NCBI RefSeq assembly: GCF_006345805.1
Contig: NC_043001.1
Location: 92,008,001 to 92,072,000 of the forward strand
From: Octopus sinensis
Taxonomy: Eukaryota
DNA length: 64,000 bases
Direction: 5' to 3'
Shown here in pieces: positions 11,572 through 22,841 of this stretch (the stretch's first letter is position 1; each line of letters begins with the position of its first letter). The translations under genes were made by a program, and so were the position numbers. The notes beneath the pieces were generated by a model. It saw only the letters and a list, made by a program, of their open reading frames with translations. It was not told the DNA's origin and did no database searches.

Positions 11572-11712
11572 TATATACAAGCTTGTTAATAGATGGAAGG
11601 AAGTCATAGATAATCAGGGAAAGTACACTGACGATTAAATTTCAATTAAATATAACATTTGATCACTTGTTTTCTTTATTCAAAATTCGGACAGAACTTA
11701 TGGATGACCTGA
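11572..11712 (+). mobile_element. Mariner 3' end fragment
   Basis: Translates KLVNRWKEVIDNQGKYTDD* and ends in TIR ...CGGACAGAACTTATGGATGACCTGA|TA, shared with the element at 14074-14803. Confidence 0.8.
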
Positions 11713-11739
11713 TATATATGTATGTATGTATGGTGTGTG

Positions 11740-11819
<80 letters not shown>

Positions 11820-11820
<1 letters not shown>

Positions 11821-12080
11821 AGAAATATTGAATTTCTAAATCTCTCGTATGTCTGCTACTCTAGGCCGATGAAGGACAATGATCCTGAAACACGGTGTCC
11901 CTAGATGCAGTTCCGGCAGCCGGGGGTGTTTGTCTCCCCTTCGTATATCTATATAAGGACACAGGGAAAAAATGTCTGAAAGCTATCAGGAGGCGTTCGA
12001 TGCTTCCTAGGGCTATACAGCGGTGGTGTACCCCCTACTGTCACGTTCTTGTTAGATTGACAGTATACAACCATTCTATA
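11820..12080 (+). mobile_element. Penelope-like pLTR in (TA)n with HHR (11861-11904)
   Basis: CTAGG-CCGATGA-AGGA(caatga)TCCT-GAAA-CAC-G-GTG-TC-CCTAG. Distal part is related to 34991-35125. Confidence 0.65.
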
Positions 12081-12137
12081 TATATATATTATATATATAT
12101 GTATATATGTATATGTATATATTTGTATATGTATATG

Positions 12138-12181
<44 letters not shown>

Positions 12182-12262
12182 ATATATATAATATATATAT
12201 GTATATATATATACACATATATATGTATATATACATATCGATATATATATATATATATATAT

Positions 12263-12546
12263 TATAATAAATTAGAGACAAAACCACTATTATTGCAAAT
12301 CAAACAAAGAAAGACTTAAGCCAATACATAAAATATAAAATAATTTATATAAATTAAAATTTAACAATGAATAACCACTACGATCTTAGACATTAGAAAG
12401 TCTAAGATGTGCTGACACGAAACGATCGTAGTGGTTATTCATTTGTTAAATTTTAATTTATATAAATTATTTTATATTTTATGTATTGGCTTAAGTCTTT
12501 CTTTGTTTGATTTGCATAATAGTGGTTTTGTCTCTAATTTATTATA
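12263..12546. repeat. About 285-bp hairpin (about 122-bp arms), inverted pLTR-like structure
   Basis: 12263-12385 is the reverse complement of 12424-12546. HHR 3' half GAAAC-GATC-GTA at the start of the right arm. Confidence 0.85.
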
Positions 12547-12774
12547 ATATAATATTTTATTATAAAATTGGATTCAATCTTAAATCTGATTTTTCCTTGT
12601 AAATTTGGATTTATTCCCTAATATTTATTATTATATATATGTATATATATATGCATATATATATGTATATATCTATATACATATGTATATACATGTATGT
12701 ATATATATGTATATATCTATATACATATGTATATACATGTATGTATATATATATGATGTACATGTATATATACA

Positions 12775-12861
<87 letters not shown>

Positions 12862-12895
12862 GGTTATTATATTTGTATATATATGTATATGTATA

Positions 12896-14073
12896 TCCGT
12901 GGAAAACCCTACACTGGATTGAGTATTTCCTGGTGAACAGAACGCAGCAGGTTGGGGTCGATGGAATCCACTTAAGCCCAGCAAATGTCACCAGCGGTGT
13001 CCCTCAGGAGACTGTCTTGGGTCCGCTCCTCTTTACAATCTATATAAACGACCTTTCCAGCATCATAAAACACAGCAAAGTGAAAATATTTGCTGATGAC
13101 TCTAAGCTCCAGAAAATTATCAATGAAGAAGACCGAACTCAACGCCAGTCTGATCTATATGCTGTGAATCAATGGACAGGCAAAAACAAAATGCAACTAA
13201 ACGAGAGAAATTTTGAGCTGATTAATTTTGAAAAAAAAAAGACTATGCTAAAACAGCCATACATTATTTACATTTGACGGATATTTGTCCTCATCTTGTT
13301 TGTTGTTAACACAACGTTTCGGCTGATATAACCTCCAGCCAATATCAGCCGAAACGTTGTGTTAACAATAAACAAGATGAGGACAATTATCTGTCAAATG
13401 TAAATAATGTAAATAATGTCAAATGTAAATAATGTAAATAATGTACATAATTCCTTATCTCTTAAATATAGAACTGTAAAACAGCCATACTATTTTCTTC
13501 CAGATGAATCTCTCACGGCATCTAATAATATCAGAGACCTAGGAGTAATGGTTGATAACAATCTCAGTTGGAGTACCCACATTGACAATAAGGTCGATAT
13601 AGCTCGCAGGATGCGCTCTTGGATCCTAAGAACCTTCCAGTCTAGAGAACAAGGTGTCATCATTCCACTTTTCTCTTCCTTTGTACGGCCACACCTCGAA
13701 TATTATTGCCCCTCCCCCGTGGTCTCTCCATACAAAGCAAAACATCTCTAAAATTGAATCATCCCAGAGGTCATTCACTAAAAGAATTAAGGGCATGACT
13801 GCTCTTGATTACTGGAACCGCCTTAAAGCATTGAAACTCTATTCTCTCCAGCGCCGCCGTGAGCGATACATCATTTGCACGATGTGGAGAATATACCACC
13901 AGCATTACCCAAACGACCTCAACATTAGCTTCAAAAGTCATCCAAGGCTTAGATCACGAGCCTTACGAACCCTATCCAATTCAGGATCACAACACTTAAA
14001 TACACTGCAACACAATTTCTTTTCCTCAACAGGCCCTGTCCTATTTCACATAGTTCCGAAACAGATCAAAGAG
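12896..14073 (+). pseudogene. CR1-like LINE reverse transcriptase fragment
   Basis: [21 protein letters not shown]...IFADDSKL...RDLGVMVD...VRPHLEY...LYSLQRRRER. Frameshifted and interrupted at 13263-13476. Confidence 0.92.
13263..13476. mobile_element. Penelope-derived inverted pLTR insertion with 14-bp TSD
   Basis: TSD taaaacagccatac at 13249-13262 and 13477-13490. Internal palindrome 13263-13407. Arms homologous to 18420-18490. Confidence 0.85.
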
Positions 14074-14799
14074 AAGAACCTTTTTTTCCATGAAGTTCCC
14101 TTCTGGGTTGTGGTTGAGCTTTTTCCCTTTTACCAAGCCACTGTTTACGACGTTTAACATTTCGATGGAAGATCCATTTTTCGTCAGCAGCCACAGGTTT
14201 ATCCAAAAAAGGTGAAACGAGTTCGCGAGAATGGCGAAAGAGCATTCTTTCTCCATTTGCGGTTGCTTTCGAACAATTCATGCGGCACCCATTTTCCAAG
14301 TTTAGAAACCTTTCCAAGTTGTTGAAGATGACGATGAACAGTTGTATGGTTTGAACTAAGCTTTATTGCCAATTCTTCAACTGATAACGCTGGATTTTCT
14401 TCAAGTAATGCCTCAAACTCAACTGGACGTCCTGTTCAATCTTCATCTTCAAGGATGAAATCGCCACTTCTGAATTTTGCAAACCATCTTCTGCAAATTC
14501 TTTCATTCAAGTATTCTTTCCCATAAACTGAGTGTATGTTTCGAGTCGCTTCGGCTGCAGAGTTTCCTTTTTTATACTCATAAAGCATTATGTGCTTCAA
14601 ATGCTCTTTGGATACTTCCATGTTAGAAAGGGTTTCAATCAAAAAATTTTAATTATATTATTCTGTAAAATAATATTTAATTAGTTTAAAGGTACACAAA
14701 TGCATAAAAATAATGTTAATCCCATTAGACATTCCAAAATATTATTAAATTTCATTCAATTTTAAAAAAGGTAAAATCGGACAGAATTTATGGGATGAC

Positions 14800-14803
<4 letters not shown>
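14074..14803 (-). mobile_element. Mariner 5' half (HTH domain to first catalytic D), truncated
   Basis: KEHLKHIMLYEYKKGNSAAEATRNI...RRWFAKFRSGDF, KWVP, ADEKWIF. TIR TCAGGTCATCCCATAAATTCTGTCCG after TA. Confidence 0.92.
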
Positions 14804-14804
<1 letters not shown>

Positions 14805-14855
<51 letters not shown>

Positions 14856-14925
14856 AATATATACATATACATACATACATACACACACATATATATAAAT
14901 ATACATACATACATACATACATACA

Positions 14926-14957
<32 letters not shown>

Positions 14958-15087
14958 CATATATATATATATAAATATATATATATACATATACATATAC
15001 ATACATACATACACACACATATATATATAAATATACATACATACATACATACATACATACATACATACATACATACATACATACATA
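14805..15087. repeat. (TA)n/(TACA)n microsatellite
   Basis: Direct. Confidence 0.95.
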
Positions 15088-15524
15088 CAGTCTGGATTGT
15101 CACAGCTGGAATATCGTTGATAAGTTGTTTCCTCGATAAGTATTGACCTGGAGTCAAACAGCAGCAACTGCGGCACCACCACCACCACCACCACCATCAG
15201 CAACAACAGCAGCAGCAACAACGACATCAACAAGTGCAACAATAGCCTATTGCTTACCATCATCATCATCATCAACATCATTATCATCACCACAACAACC
15301 ACCGCCACCGCCACCGCCACCATCACCACTTCAGCACTAAACGCCCCCAACCCTCCAAACCACACAACATCCCCCAAACCTCACGATTCTCTCACCTTTT
15401 ATCAGTTCAAAAAGTAAACTGAAGGACAGCTAGAAAGAAGTGGGACAACCGATATCCGGTTATAAGAAAATCTCTACAAATACCGGCATTCCACGCTATT
15501 ATCTTGCAATGATTCATTGCATTC

Positions 15525-15595
<71 letters not shown>

Positions 15596-15748
15596 ACACA
15601 CACACACACGCACACATAATACACGCATATGAATATATATGCGCACACTTATACACACATATGCAGTCACATACCTTCGCAGATGCACAATCATATGCAT
15701 TCATGTCAAATTCAAACGTAAGCACACTGACTCACTCGCACACTAACC

Positions 15749-15781
<33 letters not shown>

Positions 15782-15974
15782 TACATGTAGAGCAACATAA
15801 GTAACTGATGGGTCCACATTTTCTTGCCAGAACACTTATCAAACTTTGATGTTAAACCCTAGGCACATGAGTTACATATACACCTTCACAGCAAAGAAAT
15901 GAAGGACTATGTATAGTCCTTCATTTATCAAACATGTATGTATATATGTATGTATGTATTATCAAACATGTATG

Positions 15975-16006
<32 letters not shown>

Positions 16007-16091
16007 TGTATGTATGTATGTATGTATGTATGTATGTATGTATATATGTGTGTCTATGTATGTATGTTAGTATGTATGTATATGTATATGC

Positions 16092-16133
<42 letters not shown>

Positions 16134-16167
16134 TATATATATATGATATATTATATATATATATATA

Positions 16168-16239
16168 TTAGGTCATCCCATAAATTCTGTCTGATTTTAC
16201 CTTTTTAAAATTGAATGAAATTTAATAGCATTTTGGAAT
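16168..16239 (+). mobile_element. Isolated mariner 5' TIR/subterminal copy
   Basis: Reverse complement of 14730-14803. Confidence 0.85.
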
Positions 16240-16690
16240 GTCGGCGACTAAACTGGCAACCCCACCAAGCTTGCTTGGTGAGGAGGGCGTTTATTGGACA
16301 CCCTGCGGGATGAAAAACAAAGCCCGTCAAAGGGCAGAGAAACTCTTGAGAGTCAGCGGCCATCCAATAAATTCCTCAAGGCTTTATCATGTGCGGGGAC
16401 ATAATCGGACTGAATACCCGATCGCGCGGTTAAACCATTGGGAGTGAAGGGCCCCTAGCCTTTGTTAAGGCATCCTTCTAGGAGGAGGTAACTCAGGTAA
16501 CTGAGATAACTCCGACATAAAACCTGCGGCTCAGTGGTTACCGATGATGTTGACTTGTTCTTCTTTTCGGATTATGGCTGCTGTTGCTTACTGAGTGGGA
16601 TTGACTCAGTGCACAGCCTTTCCTCACTTTAAAAAAAATCTTCTTGCACAGGCATTGCACGATAACAACTTTAGTTAAGTTTCGTGCAAT
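16240..16690 (+). mobile_element. Probable RTE-like LINE 5' UTR fragment
   Basis: GGCATCCTTCTAGGAGGAGGTAACTC...ATAAAACCT resembles the motif I recall from RTE 5' UTRs. No ORF follows. Confidence 0.4.
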
Positions 16691-17157
16691 GGCCATACTC
16701 GATAACGAGGGGGCAACCACCATGTATGTATGTATGAATTCATGTATGTATTCTCGGTTGTCAAGCGGTGGCGGGGAGGGCATTAGTATTTATGCTTTTT
16801 GCTATCAAAATAATTGCGAATGTTACTAAAAGTGACTAGGGTGTTAGGAAATACCTACATTGCTGCTGTTGTTAACGAACATGAATGAAAACATACATTA
16901 ACATTTAGTAACATTTGTAATTCTTATTTTTGGCGAAACATTGCAAAATGCTGTTTATATTAATTTTATAAATAGACAATAACGAATCGCTAGATGATCC
17001 ATTTATTCGGATTCCTGTTGTAAAGTGGGTTCCCCTCATTGGTGATATGTGTGACAGCCGTTGTACTGTAGTTGCTGTTTTACACTAGTAGCCACAATAG
17101 TTACTAGTAATCTGATACCGTTGTATCTCTCCGTACCGGAATAGTAATACACTCCCT

Positions 17158-17749
17158 TCTTATTTCTTTATTGCCCACAAGGGGGTAAACATAGAGGGGA
17201 CAAACAAACGGATCAAGTCGATTACATCGACCCCAGTGCGTAACTGGTACTTATTTAATCGACCCCGAAAGGATGAAAGGCAAAGTCGACCTCGGCGGAA
17301 TTTGAACTCAGAATGTAGCAGCAGACGAAATACCTGTTTCTTTACTACCCACAAGGGGCTAAACACAGAGAGGACAAACCAGGACAGACAAACGGATCAA
17401 GTCGATTACATCGACCCCAGTGCATAACTGGTATTTATTTAATCGATCCCAAAAGGATGAAAGGCAACGTCGACCTCGGCGGAATTTGAACTCAGAAAGT
17501 AGCGGCAGACGAAATACCTATTTCTTTACTACCCACAGGGGCTAAACACAGAGAGGACAAACAAGGACAGACAAACGGATTAAGTCGATTATATCGATCC
17601 CTGTGCGTAACTGATACTTAATTTATCGACCCCGAAAGGATGAAAGGCAAAGTCGACCTCGGCGGAATTTGAACTCAGAACGTAACGGCAGACGAAATAC
17701 GGCTACGCATTTCGCCCGGCGCGCTAACGATTCTGCCAGCTCGCCGCCT
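17158..17749 (-). mobile_element. SINE-A trimer
   Basis: Three units of about 184 bp sharing one head. taatacact at 17145-17153 and 17750-17758 is a possible TSD. Confidence 0.9.
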
Positions 17750-18076
17750 TAATACACTAACTTCTGTCTTAATATCGCTGATAGCTCCACAAGACACCGA
17801 CTAGAACTGTCGACTCTCAATGCTTCGCCTCTCGCCCTAATTTGCCGACTGGATACTGGTCTATTTATAATGGCTGCTTTTACCGCTTTTTACCGGTAGG
17901 GGTATACAGTTTCACTATGAAGCAATGACGAAAACATAAATACTAATGGCGAAGCGAGTCCGGAAAGAGCTGAACAATCGAGCGGGCGTAACCGATAAGG
18001 TAACGGAAATTGCCTAAACTGACGTGTCAGCACTAAGAATTCTAGATCGGTACTTTACGGGTGATTATGGTTCCTG

Positions 18077-18230
18077 TTAGGGTATATGTTTTCATTCATG
18101 TGCGTTAACTACAGTATTAGAGGGATTTAGCTCTTATTTCTAGCAATGTAGGCGTTGTATATTGCTAGAAATAAGAGCTAAACGCTCTGATGGTGTAGTT
18201 AACGCACATGAATGAAAACATACACACTAA
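18077..18230. mobile_element. MITE-like palindrome (154 bp)
   Basis: Outer arms tatgttttcattcatgtgcgttaactaca and inner arms tttagctcttatttctagcaat are inverted. One arm is repeated at about 16869-16895. Confidence 0.65.
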
Positions 18231-18248
18231 CAGGGACCATAATCCCAC

Positions 18249-18319
18249 GGGCATATGGCGTAGTCGTTAAGAGCGCGGGCTACTAACCCCAAGATTCTGA
18301 GTTCGATTCCAGGCAGTGG

Positions 18320-18355
<36 letters not shown>

Positions 18356-18490
18356 CAACAGCATCGAAAAATACATTAGGAATGAGAGTCCATGTTCTAA
18401 ATTTCCCCAAGACACCTGATGAAGGCTGGAGGGTATATGAGCCGAAACAAACAAGATGAGGACTAATATCCGTCAAATATAATAATGTAG
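18249..18490 (+). mobile_element. tRNA-headed element with (AAT)n linker and Penelope pLTR/HHR tail
   Basis: Head 18249-18321 (TGGCGTAGTCGTTAAG, GAGTTCGATTCC), (AAT)n, then GACAC-CTGATGA-AGGCT...AGCC-GAAAC (18411-18448). Confidence 0.7.
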
Positions 18491-18519
18491 ATGTTGCCTA
18501 ATATCCTAGTCACATTTAG

Positions 18520-18576
<57 letters not shown>

Positions 18577-18597
18577 TGTGTGTGTGTTGTGTGTGCG

Positions 18598-18667
<70 letters not shown>

Positions 18668-18794
18668 CGTATATATATATATATATATACATACATACAC
18701 ACACATATATGTAACTGGTACTGCTTGTAGAATTAACGCGTAAGTGGTTGAGTACTCCACAGACACGCACACCCAGGGAGGTTCAGTATGTCAC

Positions 18795-18938
18795 AGAATG
18801 TGACAAGGCTGATTTTGTCTGTTGGATGAACTGCAACAAAGTGGAATAAAGTGTCTTGCTCAAGTACACAACGTGAATCGAACTCACGACCTTACAATCG
18901 CGAGCCGAATAAGCTAACTACTAAGTCACGCCCCATCA
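18795..18938 (-). mobile_element. SINE family D (tRNA head + CORE-like TTGAGCAAGACACTTTATT), diverged
   Basis: Homologous to 29385-29578, 30790-31028 and 59470-59635. Confidence 0.65.
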
Positions 18939-18946
18939 CTATATAT

Positions 18947-18979
<33 letters not shown>

Positions 18980-18999
18980 GTGACCTCGTGAAGACCACT

Positions 19000-19170
19000 T
19001 GCAATTTTTTTTCCCTCTGTCCTCCCACCTCGGGATCTTTCTTTCTCCTATGTTTCCGACGAAGAAACGCCATACCCTCCTTCTTCCCTTCTTTCCTGAG
19101 CGCCCAATAATACTTTATTTGTTCCACATCTTCGCGTTCTTGTCTTTTTGTTTTCTTGTTTGGATTAACT
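19000..19170 (+). mobile_element. Penelope-like pLTR in (TA)n, HHR partly deleted
   Basis: CCGACGAAGA|AACG followed by cttcc...ctgagcgcccaataatactttatttgttccac, shared with 44245-44345. Confidence 0.55.
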
Positions 19171-19524
19171 TTATATATATATATTTATTTATATATATAT
19201 ATGTATATATACACACGACAATCACGATATAATTAATGCTCAAAATTTCTCATGGCTCTTATATGCATTCCACACCGATGCTGCTGATAGAGAAGACGAA
19301 TCCTTTGATATTCTCAACTCTTTTCACAAACTTTTGTACCCGCCTTCCAAACCGACACACAGATACTCCAAACGCCCTGACCTTTTTATCTCTCCAAAAC
19401 CTAAATTCTGCCACGGAAGAACCTACTGCTGAATACTGAAATTGCAAGTACGGAGGCGCCTGAAGATAAAAGAAATTTAAAAAATTAAAAAATTAAAAAA
19501 ATTAAAAAAAGGACATATAAAAAA

Positions 19525-20000
19525 ATGCTTTTGTGATTTGAAAATCAAAAGCTTGAGTGACAATATCAACCTTCACGCAATGGTTTGTTTCGTGCTTTTG
19601 TGAAGCAGTGAAAATATATGTCGAACAGCTTAGCTTTAAATCTAAGGTATTGTGGGTAACTGATAATACTCTAAGCAACTCTTAGAATTTCAGGATCTCA
19701 GATCTACAATACTGTCGAAGCAGTTTTCCTCCCACTAAGATGCCAATTCCTTTGTCCTACATATGGATACGGCTGTAATTTCTACCTTCCTTGCATTTTT
19801 GGACACTTTAGTGGAGAAACAAATTATTCATCTACCAAGATAACGGAAATCTGTACCAGTTCCCTCAGAATAACTCCGACTGAGAATTCAAACGCAATAT
19901 CCTTTACGTGATATCCTACTTTGTAAAAGAAGACTCAGGTAAACGTAGTCAACATAATTTATTGTACACTACTTTAGGACATTATTTAGTTTGTCCTACT
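19525..20000 (+). pseudogene. pogo/Tigger-type DDE transposase remnant
   Basis: FVI*KSKA*VTISTFTQWFVSCFCEAVKIYVEQLSFKSKVLWVTDNT...VEAVFLP...MDTAVISTFLAF parallels the Tigger1-like motifs W...KAW...WF...KVLLILDNA...FLPPN..QPMDQGVI.TFKA. Confidence 0.75.
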
Positions 20001-20984
20001 TTTAAGATCACATGGTTTGACATGGTAGCTATCGTAGCCAGGATTTTTCTTGGTTAATTATCTAATGTGCCCTATTTTAAAATATTATCAAATGCTTTTT
20101 AAGATATCCCATTGCCCTATTTTTAAGGCCGTACATTGTAATTTGAGGACATCTGTGATTTAGGTTTCATACTAAGTGAAACTAATTATGATTACTATTG
20201 TTGATGATCAAAATTCTCCAGACTTAACTATTTTGTCATTTTAGAGCTTCACAGCTAAGTGCTAGATATCTCAAAGAGTAACCAATAGCTGGGATAGAAT
20301 CATAGTCTGGATCTTTATCACAGCTATAACTTATTCTATTTCTCGGTGTTCCTTTTCAACCGAAGTAGTGGTGAATAAGGCTGCCTACTTCTGTCGAATA
20401 TGACCTGCTTTATAATTTTATAAAAACATTAGATAGCAAATTTGTTTTGTAATTTTATCAGAATTTTAGGTCACAATGTGTGATATCACATTGTGTGAAC
20501 TTACCTAAAAGTGATTAAGTGCTTGTATGTTGCGACAACGAGTACTCTGAAATTCTCCGTCCTTTGGCGATTGTATCATCGTCATTTAGATATTATATCA
20601 CTATTAAAACTAGTCTGTCAAGCTCATATCTTCTATTATGCTACGTTATTATGACCTATATAATTCCAAAATTTTTTCCGAATGTATCTGGAGCGATAAA
20701 AGCGGCTTATACATAAATGAATGTAGATGTGAAACAAGGTGGAGAAAATTGTACTCGAATAGAGTAATATGCTTTATCATTAAAGCTGCAAAAACACCAC
20801 AAAAACATCACAAAAAACTGCTACACAGGGATACATGTTCCCGTTCGTTGGGCAGTTGTGATTACAACTGCCCGACGAACGGGAACAGGAATCTCTATGT
20901 AGCAGTTTTTTTGTGATGTTTTTGCGATGCTTTTGCAGCTTTAATAATAAAGTGTGTATGTATATATAGGTCAGGACGTAGATC

Positions 20985-21160
20985 GTTAGCTCCTACACGC
21001 ATTTTTTTCTCTCCTTGTTTTTTTCTGTGTATCTTTCTGTCGAAGAGCGTAGGCTCGAAACGTAAAAGACATTTTCTATTCCTGAGCGCTATACTAATAC
21101 ATTTGTTTGTTTGTACTCCACCTACCTTCGTCTTTTGTTTATTTTCGTATATTTTTCCCA
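20985..21160 (+). mobile_element. Penelope-like pLTR with HHR (21032-21069, core CUGUCGA)
   Basis: TCTTT-CTGTCGA-A-GAGC(gtag)GCTC-GAAAC-GTA-AAAGA. Confidence 0.7.
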
Positions 21161-21170
21161 TTATATATAT

Positions 21171-21232
<62 letters not shown>

Positions 21233-21233
<1 letters not shown>

Positions 21234-21365
21234 GTTATGTCACACGTTCGGAAGCCTTCTACTCACTCTGCTCTACTCTACTACTACTTTCGACGTCTAG
21301 GCTTTTCCCTCTATATCTATGTATTGGGCTAGCCTACTTCATCGTCTGGGAGCGCCCGCACAACA
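21233..21365 (-). mobile_element. Solo LTR of the 515-636 family
   Basis: Alignable along its whole length, with TG..CA ends and atata on both sides (within a TA repeat). Confidence 0.75.
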
Positions 21366-21377
21366 ATATACATGCAC

Positions 21378-21451
<74 letters not shown>

Positions 21452-21454
<3 letters not shown>

Positions 21455-21720
21455 GAGGCGCAATGGCCTCGCGGTCGTAGGATCGCGGTTTCGATTCCCA
21501 GACCGAGCGTTGTGAGTGTTTATTGAGCGAAAACATCTAAAGCTCCACGAGGCTCCGGTACTCTTTCGCCACAACTTTCTCTCACTCTTTCTTCTGTTGG
21601 CCTGCTCGCTTAGCCGGCGGGGTGGCGTCATTTGAAGGCTAAAACACTGCGAAGCGCATTGTGACCAGCGATGTGTAGCAACATCTGATAGCCTAGTCGG
21701 TCACGGTGATCACGGTGATA
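21452..21720 (+). mobile_element. SINE-C, tail type 2, internal deletion
   Basis: Same head and body as 1532. Tail ...GGGGTGGCGTCATTTGAAGGCTAAAAC...CACGGTGATA, shared with 37688-37952. Confidence 0.9.
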
Positions 21721-21859
21721 ATATATACATATATATATAAATTTAAATTTAAAATAATAAGGGTGAAAAATTGAATATTAATTTGATTAATATCAATTTA
21801 AAACTAGTAGTCTAGCATATTGAAAAAATCCGAAGATTCAGTAAAAAAATTATATTGCA

Positions 21860-22150
21860 TACGTATACTCCCAGCATTCGAACCACTTTCTTGCATCTTT
21901 TGCTATACTTGCTAGATGACAGGCATCTCCTCTCCAGCCCTACTTTCCTTCTCAGATGGAATATAAAGAAGTTTACCAAAGCACGGCCGCAGATGAAGGT
22001 GCCTGTCATAATACCCTTCACGCGCGTATTCCATACCACCTCTTTCTCTATAGAGATTACGGCTAGGAAACAATTCTGCTCTTCTCTACTTAGAGAAGCC
22101 GTGGAACGATATTGATGATTGACTCGCTTGACAGCTGTACTCTTACTAGT
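21860..22150 (-). pseudogene. L1/Tx1-like ORF2 C-terminal fragment
   Basis: CFLAVISIEKEVVWNTRVKG...ALVNFFIFHLRRKVGLERRCLS...KKVVRM, similar to the translation of 62100-62300. Confidence 0.6.
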
Positions 22151-22179
22151 TGTTACAGTTGTAGCTCGACAAAAGCCCA

Positions 22180-22568
22180 CGGATGTGTGGTAAGTAGCTT
22201 GCTTATCAGCCACATGGTTACGGGTTCATTCCCACTGCGTGACACATTGGGCAAGTGTCTTCTACTATAGCTTCGGGCCGACCGAAGCCTTGTGAGTGGA
22301 TTTGGTAGACGGAAACTGAAAGAACCCCGTCGTATATATATATCTATGTGTGTGTATATGTTTGTGTTTCTGTGTTTGTCCCCAACATCGCTTGACAACC
22401 GATACTGGTGTGTTTACATCCCTGTAACTTAGCGGTTCGGCAAAAGTGACCGATAGAATAAGTACTAGGCTTCCAAAGAATAAGTCCTGGGGTCGATTTG
22501 GTCGACTAAAGGCGGTGCTCCAGCATAGCTGCAGTCAAAATGACTGAAATAAGTAAAAGAGTAAAGAG

Positions 22569-22570
<2 letters not shown>
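22180..22570 (+). mobile_element. SINE-B, near-complete
   Basis: Head, CORE-like block, (TA)(TG) tract, tail ending AAGTAAAAGAGTAAAGAGTA. Confidence 0.9.
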
Positions 22571-22616
<46 letters not shown>

Positions 22617-22798
22617 TGTGTCTGTGTGTGTGTGTGTATGTGTGTGTGTGTCTGTGTGTGTGTGTGTATGTGTGTGTAGGTAGGTATGTTTGCGTATTTC
22701 ATATTTTAATATCAAATACATTTCTTGTATTTCTGATATATACTTTTTATACTATATACGTGATTCGTATTTTGCACACACTATATGTACACATATAC

Positions 22799-22841
<43 letters not shown>

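Noticed and set aside
13092-13102. CTGATGA as an HHR core (also about 57634 and 63014)
   Set aside because: No stem II-GAAA follows; 13092 is the RT FADD codons
18249-18321. tRNA gene (likewise all SINE heads)
   Set aside because: No complete cloverleaf or acceptor stem and no Pol III terminator; continues into repeat body
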